Shown here one piece after another: positions 18,768-28,665 of a stretch of DNA of 58,985 nucleotides. The stretch's first letter is position 1, and each line of letters starts with the position of its first letter. The DNA lies in sequence record SRR20825006_652. One strand, given 5' to 3'. The translations under genes and the position numbers were made by a program. The notes beneath the pieces are model-generated. The model saw only the letters and a list, made by a program, of their open reading frames with translations. It did no database searches and was not told the DNA's origin.

Positions 18768-20232
18768 AAGAATATTAGTATCCTTAATTATACTGTTTAC
18801 GATTGTACCTGGAGTTCAGCTCTTTGCACAAAGTGAAAGATCATTGACCTTAGAGCAAAGTATTGCCATTGCAAAAGAGAATAGTCCGTTAGCGCGTGCA
18901 GCTAAGTACTCATTGGTGGCTTCTAAATGGAGATACAAATCGTTCAAAGCAGATTTACTTCCAAGTTTAGTTGCTAGCGGTGATGTTCCTAATTACTCGT
19001 TTGGGCAACGGACTATTGTTACCGAAAATGGGACTCAATTTGTAGATATTCATCAATCTGATGCTAATTTAAGGCTCTCTGTCAATCAATCTATATTACC
19101 AACAGGCGGGGCTCTATCGCTTTCTTCGGGGTTATCTAGGTTAGGTATTTTTACTGGAGAGGATAATTATGGCTGGCAAAGTACACCTATTGAGATAGGG
19201 TTAACACAACCTCTTTTCCAGTTTAATAGTTTAAAATGGAGAAATAAAACTGAGCCTCTACGCTATAAAATTGCGCAGAAGCAATTTGTTGAAGATTTAG
19301 AAGACTTGGCGTTTACTGTTACCCAGAACTTTTTTGATGTGTTATTGGCTAAAATAAATGTGGAAGTTTCCGAGTTTAACGTTGCGGTAAACGATTCCAT
19401 ATATAATATTTCTAAAGGTCGTTTTCAGGTGGGAAATATTGCTGAAAATGAGCTGCTTCAAAGTGAGTTGGGGTTTAGAAATGCGGAAGCATCTTTGACA
19501 ACAGCTAAGCTAAACTACCAACGAACAGTTGAGAATTTTAAGGGGTTGTTAGGGCTTTCTGACGACGAAATGATAAATATAATATCTCCAGATAAGGCTC
19601 CTGAAATTATTCTGGATGTTATGAAAGCTCAAGAATTAGCAAGAGAGAATAATAGCAGATCTTTGCAATTTCAATTAAGTGAGATTCAAGCTAATCAAGA
19701 ATATGAGCGAGCTAAAAAGGAAAGTGGTTTTTCTGCTAGTATTCAGGCGAGTTATGGGCTAAACCAGGTAGCTGAAGATTTTGATAAACTGTATGAAAAC
19801 CCGGCTAATCGTCAGTTTTTTACCGTTGGCTTTCAAGTTCCAATATTCAATTGGGGTAAGCAAGTTGCCGAGATTAAGTCTGCTCGAAATGTGCAACAGG
19901 AAACTGCAAACACGATAGAGTATCAACGATTACAGTTTGAGTTAGACGTGCGAAGCACAGTACGAGAGTTCGGTTTACTAAAGCAGCAAGTTGATTTGGC
20001 AGCTGTGTCGAATGACATTGGAGAGCGGCGTTATGATGTATCGAAGAATCGTTATCTAATTGGGAAGATTGATATCACAAACTTGTTTATAGCTCAGAAT
20101 GAAAAGGACAGTGCAAGAAGAAATTACATCCAAGCATTAAGAAATTATTGGACAGGCTTCTACAACCTGAGGAGATTAACTCTCTATGATTTTGAAATAG
20201 ATGAGCCCATTACCTATCAAATAGAATATTAG
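18760..20232 (+). CDS. TolC-family outer membrane efflux protein
   Basis: Start re-called at ATG 18760 (MNKRILVSLIILF signal peptide, 8-nt overlap with the permease stop); two OEP repeats (LTLEQSIAIA, QPLFQ, VPIFNWG). Confidence 0.9.
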   Translation: MNKRILVSLIILFTIVPGVQLFAQSERSLTLEQSIAIAKENSPLARAAKYSLVASKWRYKSFKADLLPSLVASGDVPNYSFGQRTIVTENGTQFVDIHQSDANLRLSVNQSILPTGGALSLSSGLSRLGIFTGEDNYGWQSTPIEIGLTQPLFQFNSLKWRNKTEPLRYKIAQKQFVEDLEDLAFTVTQNFFDVLLAKINVEVSEFNVAVNDSIYNISKGRFQVGNIAENELLQSELGFRNAEASLTTAKLNYQRTVENFKGLLGLSDDEMINIISPDKAPEIILDVMKAQELARENNSRSLQFQLSEIQANQEYERAKKESGFSASIQASYGLNQVAEDFDKLYENPANRQFFTVGFQVPIFNWGKQVAEIKSARNVQQETANTIEYQRLQFELDVRSTVREFGLLKQQVDLAAVSNDIGERRYDVSKNRYLIGKIDITNLFIAQNEKDSARRNYIQALRNYWTGFYNLRRLTLYDFEIDEPITYQIEY

Positions 20233-20263
20233 AAAAAAGAGCCGATGTTTGTCGGCTCTTTTT
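20233..20263. terminator. bidirectional intrinsic terminator
   Basis: A6-GAGCCGAT-GTTT-GTCGGCTC-T5 between convergent tolC and dipeptidase genes. Confidence 0.88.
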
Positions 20264-20266
20264 GTA

Positions 20267-21637
20267 TTAATTCATTTCTGCTAAATGTTCCATAAACCTT
20301 GCGGAGGTTCGAATTCCTCGCTGGAAATCTTGTAGCGAAAATTTTTCATTTGGTGAGTGAATGGCGTCACTTGTAAGCCCAAAGCCCATTAAAATAGACT
20401 CTACACCTAAGACACGCTTAAAGTCTGCGACAATCGGGATAGAGCCGCCTTCTCTTGAGAACAAAGGTTCTTTACCAAAAACATCTTCGAAGGCTTTAGC
20501 GGCAGCTTTCAGTCCGTAGAATGAAAGATCAGTTACCGATGGATGCCCGCCATGATGCTCATTTACAACTACTTTTACAGTGTCTGGAGCAATAGAATTG
20601 AAATAATCACTAAAGAGCTTTGCAATTTCTTGCGGGTGCTGGTCTGGTACTAAACGCATACTTATTTTGGCAGCTGCTTTTGATGGTAATACCGTTTTAG
20701 CACCTTCAGCTTGGTAGCCACCCCAAATCCCATTCACATCAAGTGTTGGACGAGCTGAACCTCGTTCTAATGTCGTATATCCTTTCTCTCCGTGAACAGC
20801 TTTTATGTCTAACGATTTTTTGTAGGCTTCTTCATCAAAAGGTAGAGCTGCAGAAGCGGCTCTATCGTCTGGAGTGAGCGCTTTAACTTTATCATAAAAA
20901 CCGGGAACACTGATAACACCGTCATCGTCCTTCAGCTTAGCAATCATCTCGCAAAGTACGTTTATAGGATTTTCAACAGCACCGCCATATACACCAGAAT
21001 GTAAATCTCGGTTTGGGCCAGTTACTTCAACTTCCATATAAGCCAAACCACGCAATCCATAAGTGATAGACGGAATATCTTTACCAAACATAGATGTATC
21101 AGAAATTAACACCATATCGCAGTTGAGTAAATCAATATGTGACTCTATAAATGGAACAAGATTAGGAGAGCCAATTTCTTCTTCACCTTCCAGAAGGAAC
21201 TTCACATTAACGGGTATTTCTTGTCCCGTTTTCACAAAAGATTCTACCGCCTTAATGTGTGTATATGATTGACCTTTATCATCACTTGCTCCACGTGCGT
21301 AGATATCTCCGTCTTTAATAACGGGCTCAAAAGCTGGAGAATCCCAAAGGTAATCTGGGTCTGAAGGCTGGACATCATAATGTCCATAAATCAGAACCGT
21401 TGGTTTATCGGAGTGTGGGCAATGTTCTGCATATACGATAGGGTTACCAGGGGTTTCAAAAAGCTCCACTTTGTTGAAATCAAACTGTTTGAATTGACTC
21501 AATAAAAAGTTCGCTGCTTGATGAATTGCATCCTTCTTAGACGAATCAGTGCTTACACTCGGAATGCGTAATAACTCGATGAGTTCTTCTACGTATCGAT
21601 CTTTGTTCTGTTGGATATATTCTTGAGATGTATTCAT
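20267..21637 (-). CDS. M20 family dipeptidase (Dug1/CNDP2-like)
   Basis: YGHYDVQP, ARGASDDKG, EGEEEIGS, DLHSG, HSPNE. Confidence 0.93.
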   Translation of the reverse strand: MNTSQEYIQQNKDRYVEELIELLRIPSVSTDSSKKDAIHQAANFLLSQFKQFDFNKVELFETPGNPIVYAEHCPHSDKPTVLIYGHYDVQPSDPDYLWDSPAFEPVIKDGDIYARGASDDKGQSYTHIKAVESFVKTGQEIPVNVKFLLEGEEEIGSPNLVPFIESHIDLLNCDMVLISDTSMFGKDIPSITYGLRGLAYMEVEVTGPNRDLHSGVYGGAVENPINVLCEMIAKLKDDDGVISVPGFYDKVKALTPDDRAASAALPFDEEAYKKSLDIKAVHGEKGYTTLERGSARPTLDVNGIWGGYQAEGAKTVLPSKAAAKISMRLVPDQHPQEIAKLFSDYFNSIAPDTVKVVVNEHHGGHPSVTDLSFYGLKAAAKAFEDVFGKEPLFSREGGSIPIVADFKRVLGVESILMGFGLTSDAIHSPNEKFSLQDFQRGIRTSARFMEHLAEMN

Positions 21638-21661
21638 GAGTCAATTTTAGAATTAAAGGAT

Positions 21662-22438
21662 CTAAAGTGGGTAAACCACATTTTTGTTAATCCAGCCGTA
21701 CTGCCCATTACCGAGGCGAACATAATACCATGCTGGATTATCATTGCTAATAATAAAGTCGATTGTGAGTGTGTAACCTTCGTAAGCTAAGCTTACCACA
21801 GAACTAATTTCATCTGGACTTTGAAAGACTTGAGCTTCTTGATGAACCATTACTGCTTCATCATAACGTTTGTCAATATAGCTCACATAAAAAGCCAACG
21901 CTATGATAAGTACAGATGAAATAGCGAAGATTAATATCAAAGAATGCTGTTTTTTAAAAGAGAAAAAGTGAAACCAATTGCCTAAAACAATGATTATTGC
22001 AATCATCCCTAGCGAGTAACCTAGCCAAAATACGCCACTAGAAGAGGGGCCTTCCTTTAGCCAATCAACAGCTTTATCCCATGGAAGTTTCGGAAGCGTT
22101 GCCGATTGTCTACTAAACTGGGAATTCACAAACTCTAAAGCGCGAGCGGCTTGAGCAGATGTTTCAGGAATCTCTGGAAAGTATTTTATCGTTTTTAGAA
22201 AATAGTATTTAGCTAATCCTAAAGAATCAATTTGAACGGCTGAAATTCCCATATTTAAATATAGAGGGCCAGAAATGGAGCCTTGGGACTCAATCTTTTG
22301 ATAGCCTTTTAGGGCGCCTCTATAATCACCTTCTTCGAGAAGTGTATTAGCTTTATCAAACTCTAATTGGGCTGTTTGCTGGGCAAATAGAGGCGAGATT
22401 AAAAAAGTAAGAAAGAAAAGGATTGAAATGACTCTCAT
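21662..22438 (-). CDS. batE: BatE-like protein (TPR + 2 TM + SH3-like domain)
   Basis: Signal peptide, TPR, two hydrophobic helices, C-terminal WYYVRLGNGQYGWI; overlaps the batD stop. Confidence 0.72.
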   Translation of the reverse strand: MRVISILFFLTFLISPLFAQQTAQLEFDKANTLLEEGDYRGALKGYQKIESQGSISGPLYLNMGISAVQIDSLGLAKYYFLKTIKYFPEIPETSAQAARALEFVNSQFSRQSATLPKLPWDKAVDWLKEGPSSSGVFWLGYSLGMIAIIIVLGNWFHFFSFKKQHSLILIFAISSVLIIALAFYVSYIDKRYDEAVMVHQEAQVFQSPDEISSVVSLAYEGYTLTIDFIISNDNPAWYYVRLGNGQYGWINKNVVYPL

Positions 22439-24186
22439 AAATATTTACCCATTTTCTTAATAAGCTCTTTTGATAACTCGATGTCATTAGTGAGCGAATC
22501 TTGCGATACATTTGGAGCATAAGCGATGGTTTCACACTTTTCGAAAAGATTTCTTAAATCATCAATGTGCATCTCAGGAGGTGTTGTTTGAACTTCTTGA
22601 ATTAAGCGGTTCGCAGATAATCCTGCTTCTGGGAGATTTAATCTATCAGCTATATACAATGAAAGTGCTTGTTGAATAAGGTGGTAGCCATGCTTAATAT
22701 CGGTAGTCGCGGAAGCATCTTGAAGGGTACTTAAAGCCTTCTGTTTCGCTTTTTGAGATCTGGCAAAACCAGAGTCAGTATCCATTCTATCTCTATACTT
22801 TTTGAAACCAAAGGCACTCAGAAGCACTACGAATGGTAGAAGTAGCCAAGACCAAAGCGTAGTACGGTCAATTAGAAACTCGTTATCTAAAGTTTTCCAT
22901 TGAGCAAGACCTATACTCGGTTTAATGTCTAAACGCGTCTCTGTTAAGTTAGAATTAAAAGCTTTAGGGTCTGGGGTAGCCGAAAAATTAAGCGATGGTA
23001 AAGTGGTGTAATCAAAAGCTTTTCTAATTGGATTATAGATAGCAATTTTCTTTTCTGGGATTTCGAAGGTTCCTTCATTTCTAGCAATAACAATATCAGT
23101 AAAGGTTTTAGACCCAGAAATTTGATTATTACCGCGTTCTATTTTGCTACTTTCTTGAGGATTATATTTTTCAAGTGCTTCCGGAAACTCATAATTGGGT
23201 TTGTTTAGTAAAGGTACATTTCCAGTTCCTGAAATCGTAGTTTCAACCTCAATACTTTCACCAACCATAGCTTTAGTTGTTGAAATTTTTCTATTGATTT
23301 TAAAATTACCAACGGCGCCAATCACTTCTACATCGCCAGCGTTAGGTAGATTTTGGACTTCTAAAGTGATTGGAAGTGTTTTGAGTTCTTTATTCTCTTG
23401 GCCGAAGCTCAGACTAAATGGATCTCTAACACCATTTCTGCTTTGTCTCATTCGAACGGTTATTGTAAAGGGGCTCAATGTTAATGTGCCCGTTTTGGTA
23501 GGAAAAAGAGCATAATTGAGTAATTGTGCTCGTTGATATCGTACTCCATTTATTAAGGTAGAATTTGAACGAGCTTGGCGCTGCATTTCCAGTTCTTCTT
23601 TCCAAAATCCTTCTGCTTTCCAGCCTGGCGAAGCTTGGTAAGAGTTTACTTCGATACCCGTTTTAAAATAAAGAACTATTGTAGCTACTACTTGTTGGCC
23701 AACAACAGGTTTGGTTACGTTTGTTTCAAGACGCACATAAATATCTGGCGAGCGTTCAGCTTTTCCAGTATCAATCGTTTTTGGATCTAGAACTTTAAAA
23801 GAAATTGGCTTGGTAACATAAGTCTTGCCTTCAATAGTAATGCCAATAGGGGGTATCTTGTGGCTTCCTACATCTTCTGCAATAAGTTGAAAGCCATAGC
23901 TAATAGTAACCGAAGGTCTATTATTCAGATACGTGTAATTACTACTTTGGCTTGTTCTATTTGGAAGCCAACGTAGCCCAGGGATTTCTGGTAAAGTCGG
24001 ACGATCTAATGTTCCTACGGATGTACCAGATATAGCTATTTGTAAGGTGACACCCTCACCTGCAAAAATATTTGTTTCGCTTAATGTTGCTTCAACTGTA
24101 ACGTCTTGGGCGTTAAGCGTTGATGTTAATAAAAGCGATAGAAAAATAAATACTACAGAGCCTAGCCTATTACCAATCTTTGTCAT
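22435..24186 (-). CDS. batD: BatD family protein
   Basis: Signal peptide; repeated Ig-like BatD domains (VGQQV, LFPTKTGTL, GAVGNF, VGESI...ISGTGN); C-terminal TM. Confidence 0.88.
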   Translation of the reverse strand: MTKIGNRLGSVVFIFLSLLLTSTLNAQDVTVEATLSETNIFAGEGVTLQIAISGTSVGTLDRPTLPEIPGLRWLPNRTSQSSNYTYLNNRPSVTISYGFQLIAEDVGSHKIPPIGITIEGKTYVTKPISFKVLDPKTIDTGKAERSPDIYVRLETNVTKPVVGQQVVATIVLYFKTGIEVNSYQASPGWKAEGFWKEELEMQRQARSNSTLINGVRYQRAQLLNYALFPTKTGTLTLSPFTITVRMRQSRNGVRDPFSLSFGQENKELKTLPITLEVQNLPNAGDVEVIGAVGNFKINRKISTTKAMVGESIEVETTISGTGNVPLLNKPNYEFPEALEKYNPQESSKIERGNNQISGSKTFTDIVIARNEGTFEIPEKKIAIYNPIRKAFDYTTLPSLNFSATPDPKAFNSNLTETRLDIKPSIGLAQWKTLDNEFLIDRTTLWSWLLLPFVVLLSAFGFKKYRDRMDTDSGFARSQKAKQKALSTLQDASATTDIKHGYHLIQQALSLYIADRLNLPEAGLSANRLIQEVQTTPPEMHIDDLRNLFEKCETIAYAPNVSQDSLTNDIELSKELIKKMGKYL

Positions 24187-24712
24187 GCTTAGCGCTGTTC
24201 TTTGATTTTTGTTTTTTAAATTCTTTAAGCAATTCTTTTTCTTTTTGAGCCAATGCTTTTAGAATCTTCTCGGCATCTTCCTTACTAATTTCTTTGGGAG
24301 CACGTCCTTCACCTTCTTTTGGCTCTTGTAAGTCACTCTTTTCTTCACTGTCACTTTCCTGAGGATTCTCTTTTTGTTCTTGATCCTCTTCATTCTGCTG
24401 CTCTTCTTGAGAATCTTGTTGTTGCTGATCTTCGTTCTCTTCCTGCTGCTCGTTGTTTTTCTGATCCTGACTTTGTTGTTGTTGCTGCTGTTGTTGTTTC
24501 TCTTTTTCCTCTTCAATCCTTTTCTTCAGTTCATTCAACTTCATATCGTTTGGAAACTGAGAAAGTCCTTGATCAACATTGTCAAGAGCGCTTTGCATAT
24601 CGGCATTTATAAAAGCTTGAGCAGAGTTGTGGAAATAGAAATCGGCAGATTGAGCTTGCGCAGTAATCGTAAAGTAAAGTGGAAATATAAAAAGTAGTAA
24701 AAAGTGTTTCAT
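24170..24712 (-). CDS. secreted Q/E-rich protein resembling the BatC C-terminal half
   Basis: Signal peptide, one TPR-like hairpin, Q/E-rich linker, ISKEDAEKILKAL helix, KDW terminus. Confidence 0.65.
   Translation of the reverse strand: MKHFLLLFIFPLYFTITAQAQSADFYFHNSAQAFINADMQSALDNVDQGLSQFPNDMKLNELKKRIEEEKEKQQQQQQQQSQDQKNNEQQEENEDQQQQDSQEEQQNEEDQEQKENPQESDSEEKSDLQEPKEGEGRAPKEISKEDAEKILKALAQKEKELLKEFKKQKSKNSAKHDKDW
24473..24496 (-). repeat. poly-glutamine (CAA/CAG)x8 coding repeat
   Basis: Plus strand reads ttg x4, ctg x2, ttg x2, encoding Q8. Confidence 0.85.
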
Positions 24713-24714
24713 AA

Positions 24715-25353
24715 TTAAGAATCTATTTGATCAACAGAGCCAATACGTTCAATGAAATCTTTAAAATTAGAGACCGTTTCATCAACTTTTTGTGCTTGTT
24801 GCATTAAATCGTAAGCTTTTTTGTACTTTTTCTCTGAAACCAATTTCTCTGCTTGTTGTTTCATTGCAAGAGCGTATTCAGAAGGCTCCTTCTGTTTTTG
24901 ATCTTGGTTTTCTTGATCTTGTTGCTGTTCATTTTCTTCTTCTTCAGCTTTCGAAGAAGCCAATTCATAATTTTGTTGAGCCTCCGCATCGCTAGGGTCT
25001 AATTTTAACGCGTTTCTCAGGTGCAACTTAGCAGGTTCCCATTTTTCACCATTAGCTAAGAGTGTTCCCATATTGTATTGGGCTAGAGCTTTGTCAGAAT
25101 CTGTTTTAGAGAGTTTGTCAAATTCCATATATGCATCTAAAGCTTCTTGAACTTTATCTTGCTTAGCGAGAGCATTACCTAAGTTAAAATAGAGACGCGC
25201 ATTATCAGGGTTGTTCTCTAAAGCGGCACGATATAGAACTTCTGCTTCTACAAAATCCCCTTTTTCAAAAGCATCATTCCCTTTTCGGGCGTCACCTAAC
25301 CCCGCTGCCGAAAGTATAAAAACGAAAAGTATGTAGAAAAAAGGTTGCTTCAT
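24715..25353 (-). CDS. BatC-like TPR protein
   Basis: Signal peptide; three TPRs (ARKGNDAF, YFNLGNAL, QYNMGTLL, AQQNYELA) then a Q/E linker and a further helical pair. Confidence 0.75.
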   Translation of the reverse strand: MKQPFFYILFVFILSAAGLGDARKGNDAFEKGDFVEAEVLYRAALENNPDNARLYFNLGNALAKQDKVQEALDAYMEFDKLSKTDSDKALAQYNMGTLLANGEKWEPAKLHLRNALKLDPSDAEAQQNYELASSKAEEEENEQQQDQENQDQKQKEPSEYALAMKQQAEKLVSEKKYKKAYDLMQQAQKVDETVSNFKDFIERIGSVDQIDS

Positions 25354-25790
25354 TAAAGATGAATAGAAGTTTTAGTCAAAATTATTCTGGTATAAACGTA
25401 AATACAACGTATTTAAAAATCTGCTTGTGATGTCGTTTTTATAAAATTCTTTTCGATTGAACGTTGAACTAAGCTCTGCTTAACTCAAGCAAGAATGAAA
25501 CGAAATCAAAAGTATCCATATTGCCACCTCTTTCTTAAAAGAATGATGAATTTGCATCTTCTCCGAAAGTTGCAGCATCATATTTAATTCTAATGAATTT
25601 AAAAGCTATGGAACTAAATTTAACTTTAGCGTCCAAAATTAACATTCTATCTGTTTAAGTGGAAATATTTACTACTTAATTTGAAAGAAACACAATCTTT
25701 GGAACCTTAACTGTTAAAGCTTGTGTTAGCCATACAATATATTGAGAAGTATTACTTATTTTTTGATGAATAAAATGGAGATATAAAAGA

Positions 25791-26933
25791 ATGAATATTG
25801 GTATTGTTTGTTACCCAACATTTGGAGGAAGTGGGGTTGTTGCCACTGAATTAGCTAAAGTGTTAGCTAAGAAAGGGCACGTAATTCATGTTATGAGCTA
25901 TGCTAAGCCGGCGCGATTAGATACTCTTGAACCAAATATCACGTATCACGAAGTATCAATCAATTCGTATCCATTGTTCGAGTATCCGCCGTATGATTTG
26001 GCGCTAGCAACTCAAATGGTAAACCTAATTGAGCACGAAGATTTAGATTTACTGCACGTGCATTACGCACTTCCCCATGCTACAAGCGCATACCTAGCCA
26101 AACAAATTGTTGCTGAAAAGAATAAAAAAATATGCATCATAACTACGTTACACGGTACAGATATAACAGTTGTAGGTAGCGATCCTAGTTATAAACACGT
26201 GGTAGAGTTTTCCATTGATAAAAGTGATGGCGTTACAGCCGTCTCAGAATATCTAAAACAAGAAACTTACAACCGATTTGATATAAAACGTGATATACGA
26301 GTCATCCCAAACTTTATTGATCTAGAGCGTTTTCAAAAGTCTAATAAAACTCATTTTAAAAAGGCAATTTGTCCTGACGATGAGAAGGTGGTAGTGCATG
26401 TATCGAATTTTAGAAAAGTTAAAAGAATAGCTGATGTGGTCGAAATATTTGGAGGCATTCTAAAGCAGGGTATTAAAGCAAAACTACTAATGGTTGGTGA
26501 TGGGCCTGAAAGGCAGCACGCAGAACAGCAGTGTAGAGATTTAGGAATATGTGAGCATGTACGTTTTCTAGGTAAATTAGAAGCAGTAGAAGAAGTGCTT
26601 TCTATAGCTGATTTATTTCTTATACCATCAGGGTCAGAAACCTTTGGCTTAGCCGCACTAGAAGCTATGAGTTGCTCAGTTCCTGTTGTAAGTACAAATA
26701 TTGGTGGGCTCCCTGAAGTGAATATCCATGGTGAAACAGGGTATTTATGTGAGCTTGGTGATGTAGAGAGTATGTCTAAGTATTCTGTTGAAATACTTTC
26801 TAACGAAACACTACACGCTGAAATGGCAGCTAATGCAAGAAAACGAGCTGAGACTTTCAATCAAGATTTTGTAGTGCAAGAGTACGAAACCTTTTACGAG
26901 GAAGTTAGATCCGGTTGTGCTCAGGTTAAGTAA
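25791..26933 (+). CDS. bshA: N-acetyl-alpha-D-glucosaminyl L-malate synthase (bacillithiol biosynthesis)
   Basis: CYPTFGGSGVVATEL, YPLFEYPPY, HVHYALPHA, TTLHGTDIT, HVSNFRKVKR, ETFGLAALEAM. Confidence 0.95.
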   Translation: MNIGIVCYPTFGGSGVVATELAKVLAKKGHVIHVMSYAKPARLDTLEPNITYHEVSINSYPLFEYPPYDLALATQMVNLIEHEDLDLLHVHYALPHATSAYLAKQIVAEKNKKICIITTLHGTDITVVGSDPSYKHVVEFSIDKSDGVTAVSEYLKQETYNRFDIKRDIRVIPNFIDLERFQKSNKTHFKKAICPDDEKVVVHVSNFRKVKRIADVVEIFGGILKQGIKAKLLMVGDGPERQHAEQQCRDLGICEHVRFLGKLEAVEEVLSIADLFLIPSGSETFGLAALEAMSCSVPVVSTNIGGLPEVNIHGETGYLCELGDVESMSKYSVEILSNETLHAEMAANARKRAETFNQDFVVQEYETFYEEVRSGCAQVK

Positions 26934-26951
26934 GATTTAATACCCTAGAGG

Positions 26952-27326
26952 TTAGCCAAAAATATTCCATTTACTTTTAGCCGATGCTTTTGCAACAGCA
27001 ATGTATTTACATTTCTTTAAGTTGAGTATTTTGTCATTTTCTAAAGAATCGTCAATTACATAAGCTATGGCGATGGTAAGATCTTTCATAGAACTATCAA
27101 CTTTTTGGCCTTTAAACTTAGAGCAAATCACAAAATTTGAAATCTCTGTGTTGATACCTTTTGCCTTGTCTACCCAAAATACTGGCGACACCAATGTAGC
27201 TAACATATAATCAGAGCGATCTTTTCCTGGGATTTCTCTAATCACTTCAGCTTGTATAGGTAATTGAAGCTTAAGCTCTTCTGGCCCCTGATCAATAGTA
27301 GATATTTCAATTTTGAATGGTTTCAT
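26952..27326 (-). CDS. hypothetical protein (124 aa, beta-rich)
   Basis: Fills the gap between bshA and the sucC terminator; plausible protein composition (IPGKDRSDY, IAYVIDDSL). Confidence 0.7.
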   Translation of the reverse strand: MKPFKIEISTIDQGPEELKLQLPIQAEVIREIPGKDRSDYMLATLVSPVFWVDKAKGINTEISNFVICSKFKGQKVDSSMKDLTIAIAYVIDDSLENDKILNLKKCKYIAVAKASAKSKWNIFG

Positions 27327-27397
27327 GCTCGTAATGAAATAATATGATGTGGTTAAAGCTAACGCTGAATATAAGTGCTATAATTTGATTCTTAAAC

Positions 27398-27432
27398 AAA
27401 AAAATCCCTGCATACTTAAATGCAGGGATTTT
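27398..27432 (-). terminator. intrinsic terminator of sucC
   Basis: A7-TCCCTGCAT-N6-ATGCAGGGA-T4, giving a U7 tail on the minus strand 27 nt after the sucC stop. Confidence 0.88.
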
Positions 27433-27459
27433 AAATAATCGTAAATACTTACAATGTGT

Positions 27460-28665
27460 TTATGCGAGAACTTTAGAAACTTCTTCAGCTGCTTCTTTAA
27501 GAAGAACAGCGGAAATAACGTTTAACCCAGAGTTATCGATAATTTCTTTTGCTTCAGCAGCATTGGTGCCTTGCAAGCGTACAATAATAGGTACTTTGGC
27601 AACTTTACTTGCAATTTCTGGGTCTTTAACAGCTTCAATAACACCGTTAGCAACACGATCGCAACGAACAATCCCACCAAAAATGTTAATCAAAATAGCT
27701 TTAACATTTGGATCGTCTAAGATAATACGGAAACCATTTTTTACCGTATCAACATTAGCCCCGCCGCCAACGTCTAAGAAGTTAGCAGGCTCGCCACCAG
27801 AAAGTTTGATGATATCCATAGTTGCCATTGCAAGACCAGCACCATTAACCATACAACCAACGTTTCCGTCTAGTTTGATATAGTTTAGGTTGTACTTTTG
27901 GGCTTCCAATTCAAATGGATCTTCTTCAGCGTCGTCTTTCAATTCTGCTAAATCAGGATGGCGGTATAAACCGTTACCGTCGAACGTTACTTTAGCATCA
28001 AGCGCTAGAATGTTTTGATCTGGAGTAAGGATGAGTGGGTTAATCTCAAACATATCAGAGTCAGTCTCAACATAAGCGTTGTAAATAGCCATAATAAATT
28101 TAACGGCTTTTTTAAGCGCTGGTCCTTCTAAACCAAGAGCAAAAGCTAGATGTCTTGCTTGGTTAACCTGAAGAGGCATACCTGGCTCAACCCATTCTTT
28201 AATAATTTTCTCTGGAGTTTCTTCCGCAACTTGCTCAATCTCAACTCCACCTTCGGTTGAAACCATGATTACGTTTTTGCTAATTGCACGATCAAGAAGA
28301 ATACCTAAGTAAAATTCTTTTTCGATATCAACGCCGTCTGTAACATATAAGCGTTGCACAAGCTGTCCAGCCTCACCAGTTTGGATAGTTACGAGAACAT
28401 CACCTAATAAAGATTCAGCTGCTTCGCGAACTTCATCAATGCTTTTGCATAAGATAACGCCTTTTGCGTTGCTCTTTACAGTTCGCCCTTTACCTCGGCC
28501 ACCTGCGTGAATTTGAGCTTTTACAACAAACAGAGACGTTCCGTTCTTCTGCATTTCTTTAGCAGCTTGAATAGCATCTTCCGCTGTTGTTACTGCGGTT
28601 CCATCAGGAACAGCTACGCCATATTTCTTAAGAATTTCTTTGGCTTGGTACTCGTGGATTTTCAT
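27460..28665 (-). CDS. sucC: succinate--CoA ligase beta subunit
   Basis: MKIHEYQAK, KAQIHAGGRGKG, EINPL, GCMVNGAGLAMATMD, ANFLDVGGG, NIFGGIVRCD. Confidence 0.97.
   Translation of the reverse strand: MKIHEYQAKEILKKYGVAVPDGTAVTTAEDAIQAAKEMQKNGTSLFVVKAQIHAGGRGKGRTVKSNAKGVILCKSIDEVREAAESLLGDVLVTIQTGEAGQLVQRLYVTDGVDIEKEFYLGILLDRAISKNVIMVSTEGGVEIEQVAEETPEKIIKEWVEPGMPLQVNQARHLAFALGLEGPALKKAVKFIMAIYNAYVETDSDMFEINPLILTPDQNILALDAKVTFDGNGLYRHPDLAELKDDAEEDPFELEAQKYNLNYIKLDGNVGCMVNGAGLAMATMDIIKLSGGEPANFLDVGGGANVDTVKNGFRIILDDPNVKAILINIFGGIVRCDRVANGVIEAVKDPEIASKVAKVPIIVRLQGTNAAEAKEIIDNSGLNVISAVLLKEAAEEVSKVLA

Noticed and set aside
24259..24697. Alternative-frame ORFs (K/R-rich, poly-Leu) over the Q/E-rich bat gene
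   Set aside because: Shadows of low-complexity CAA/GAA codons in the real gene.
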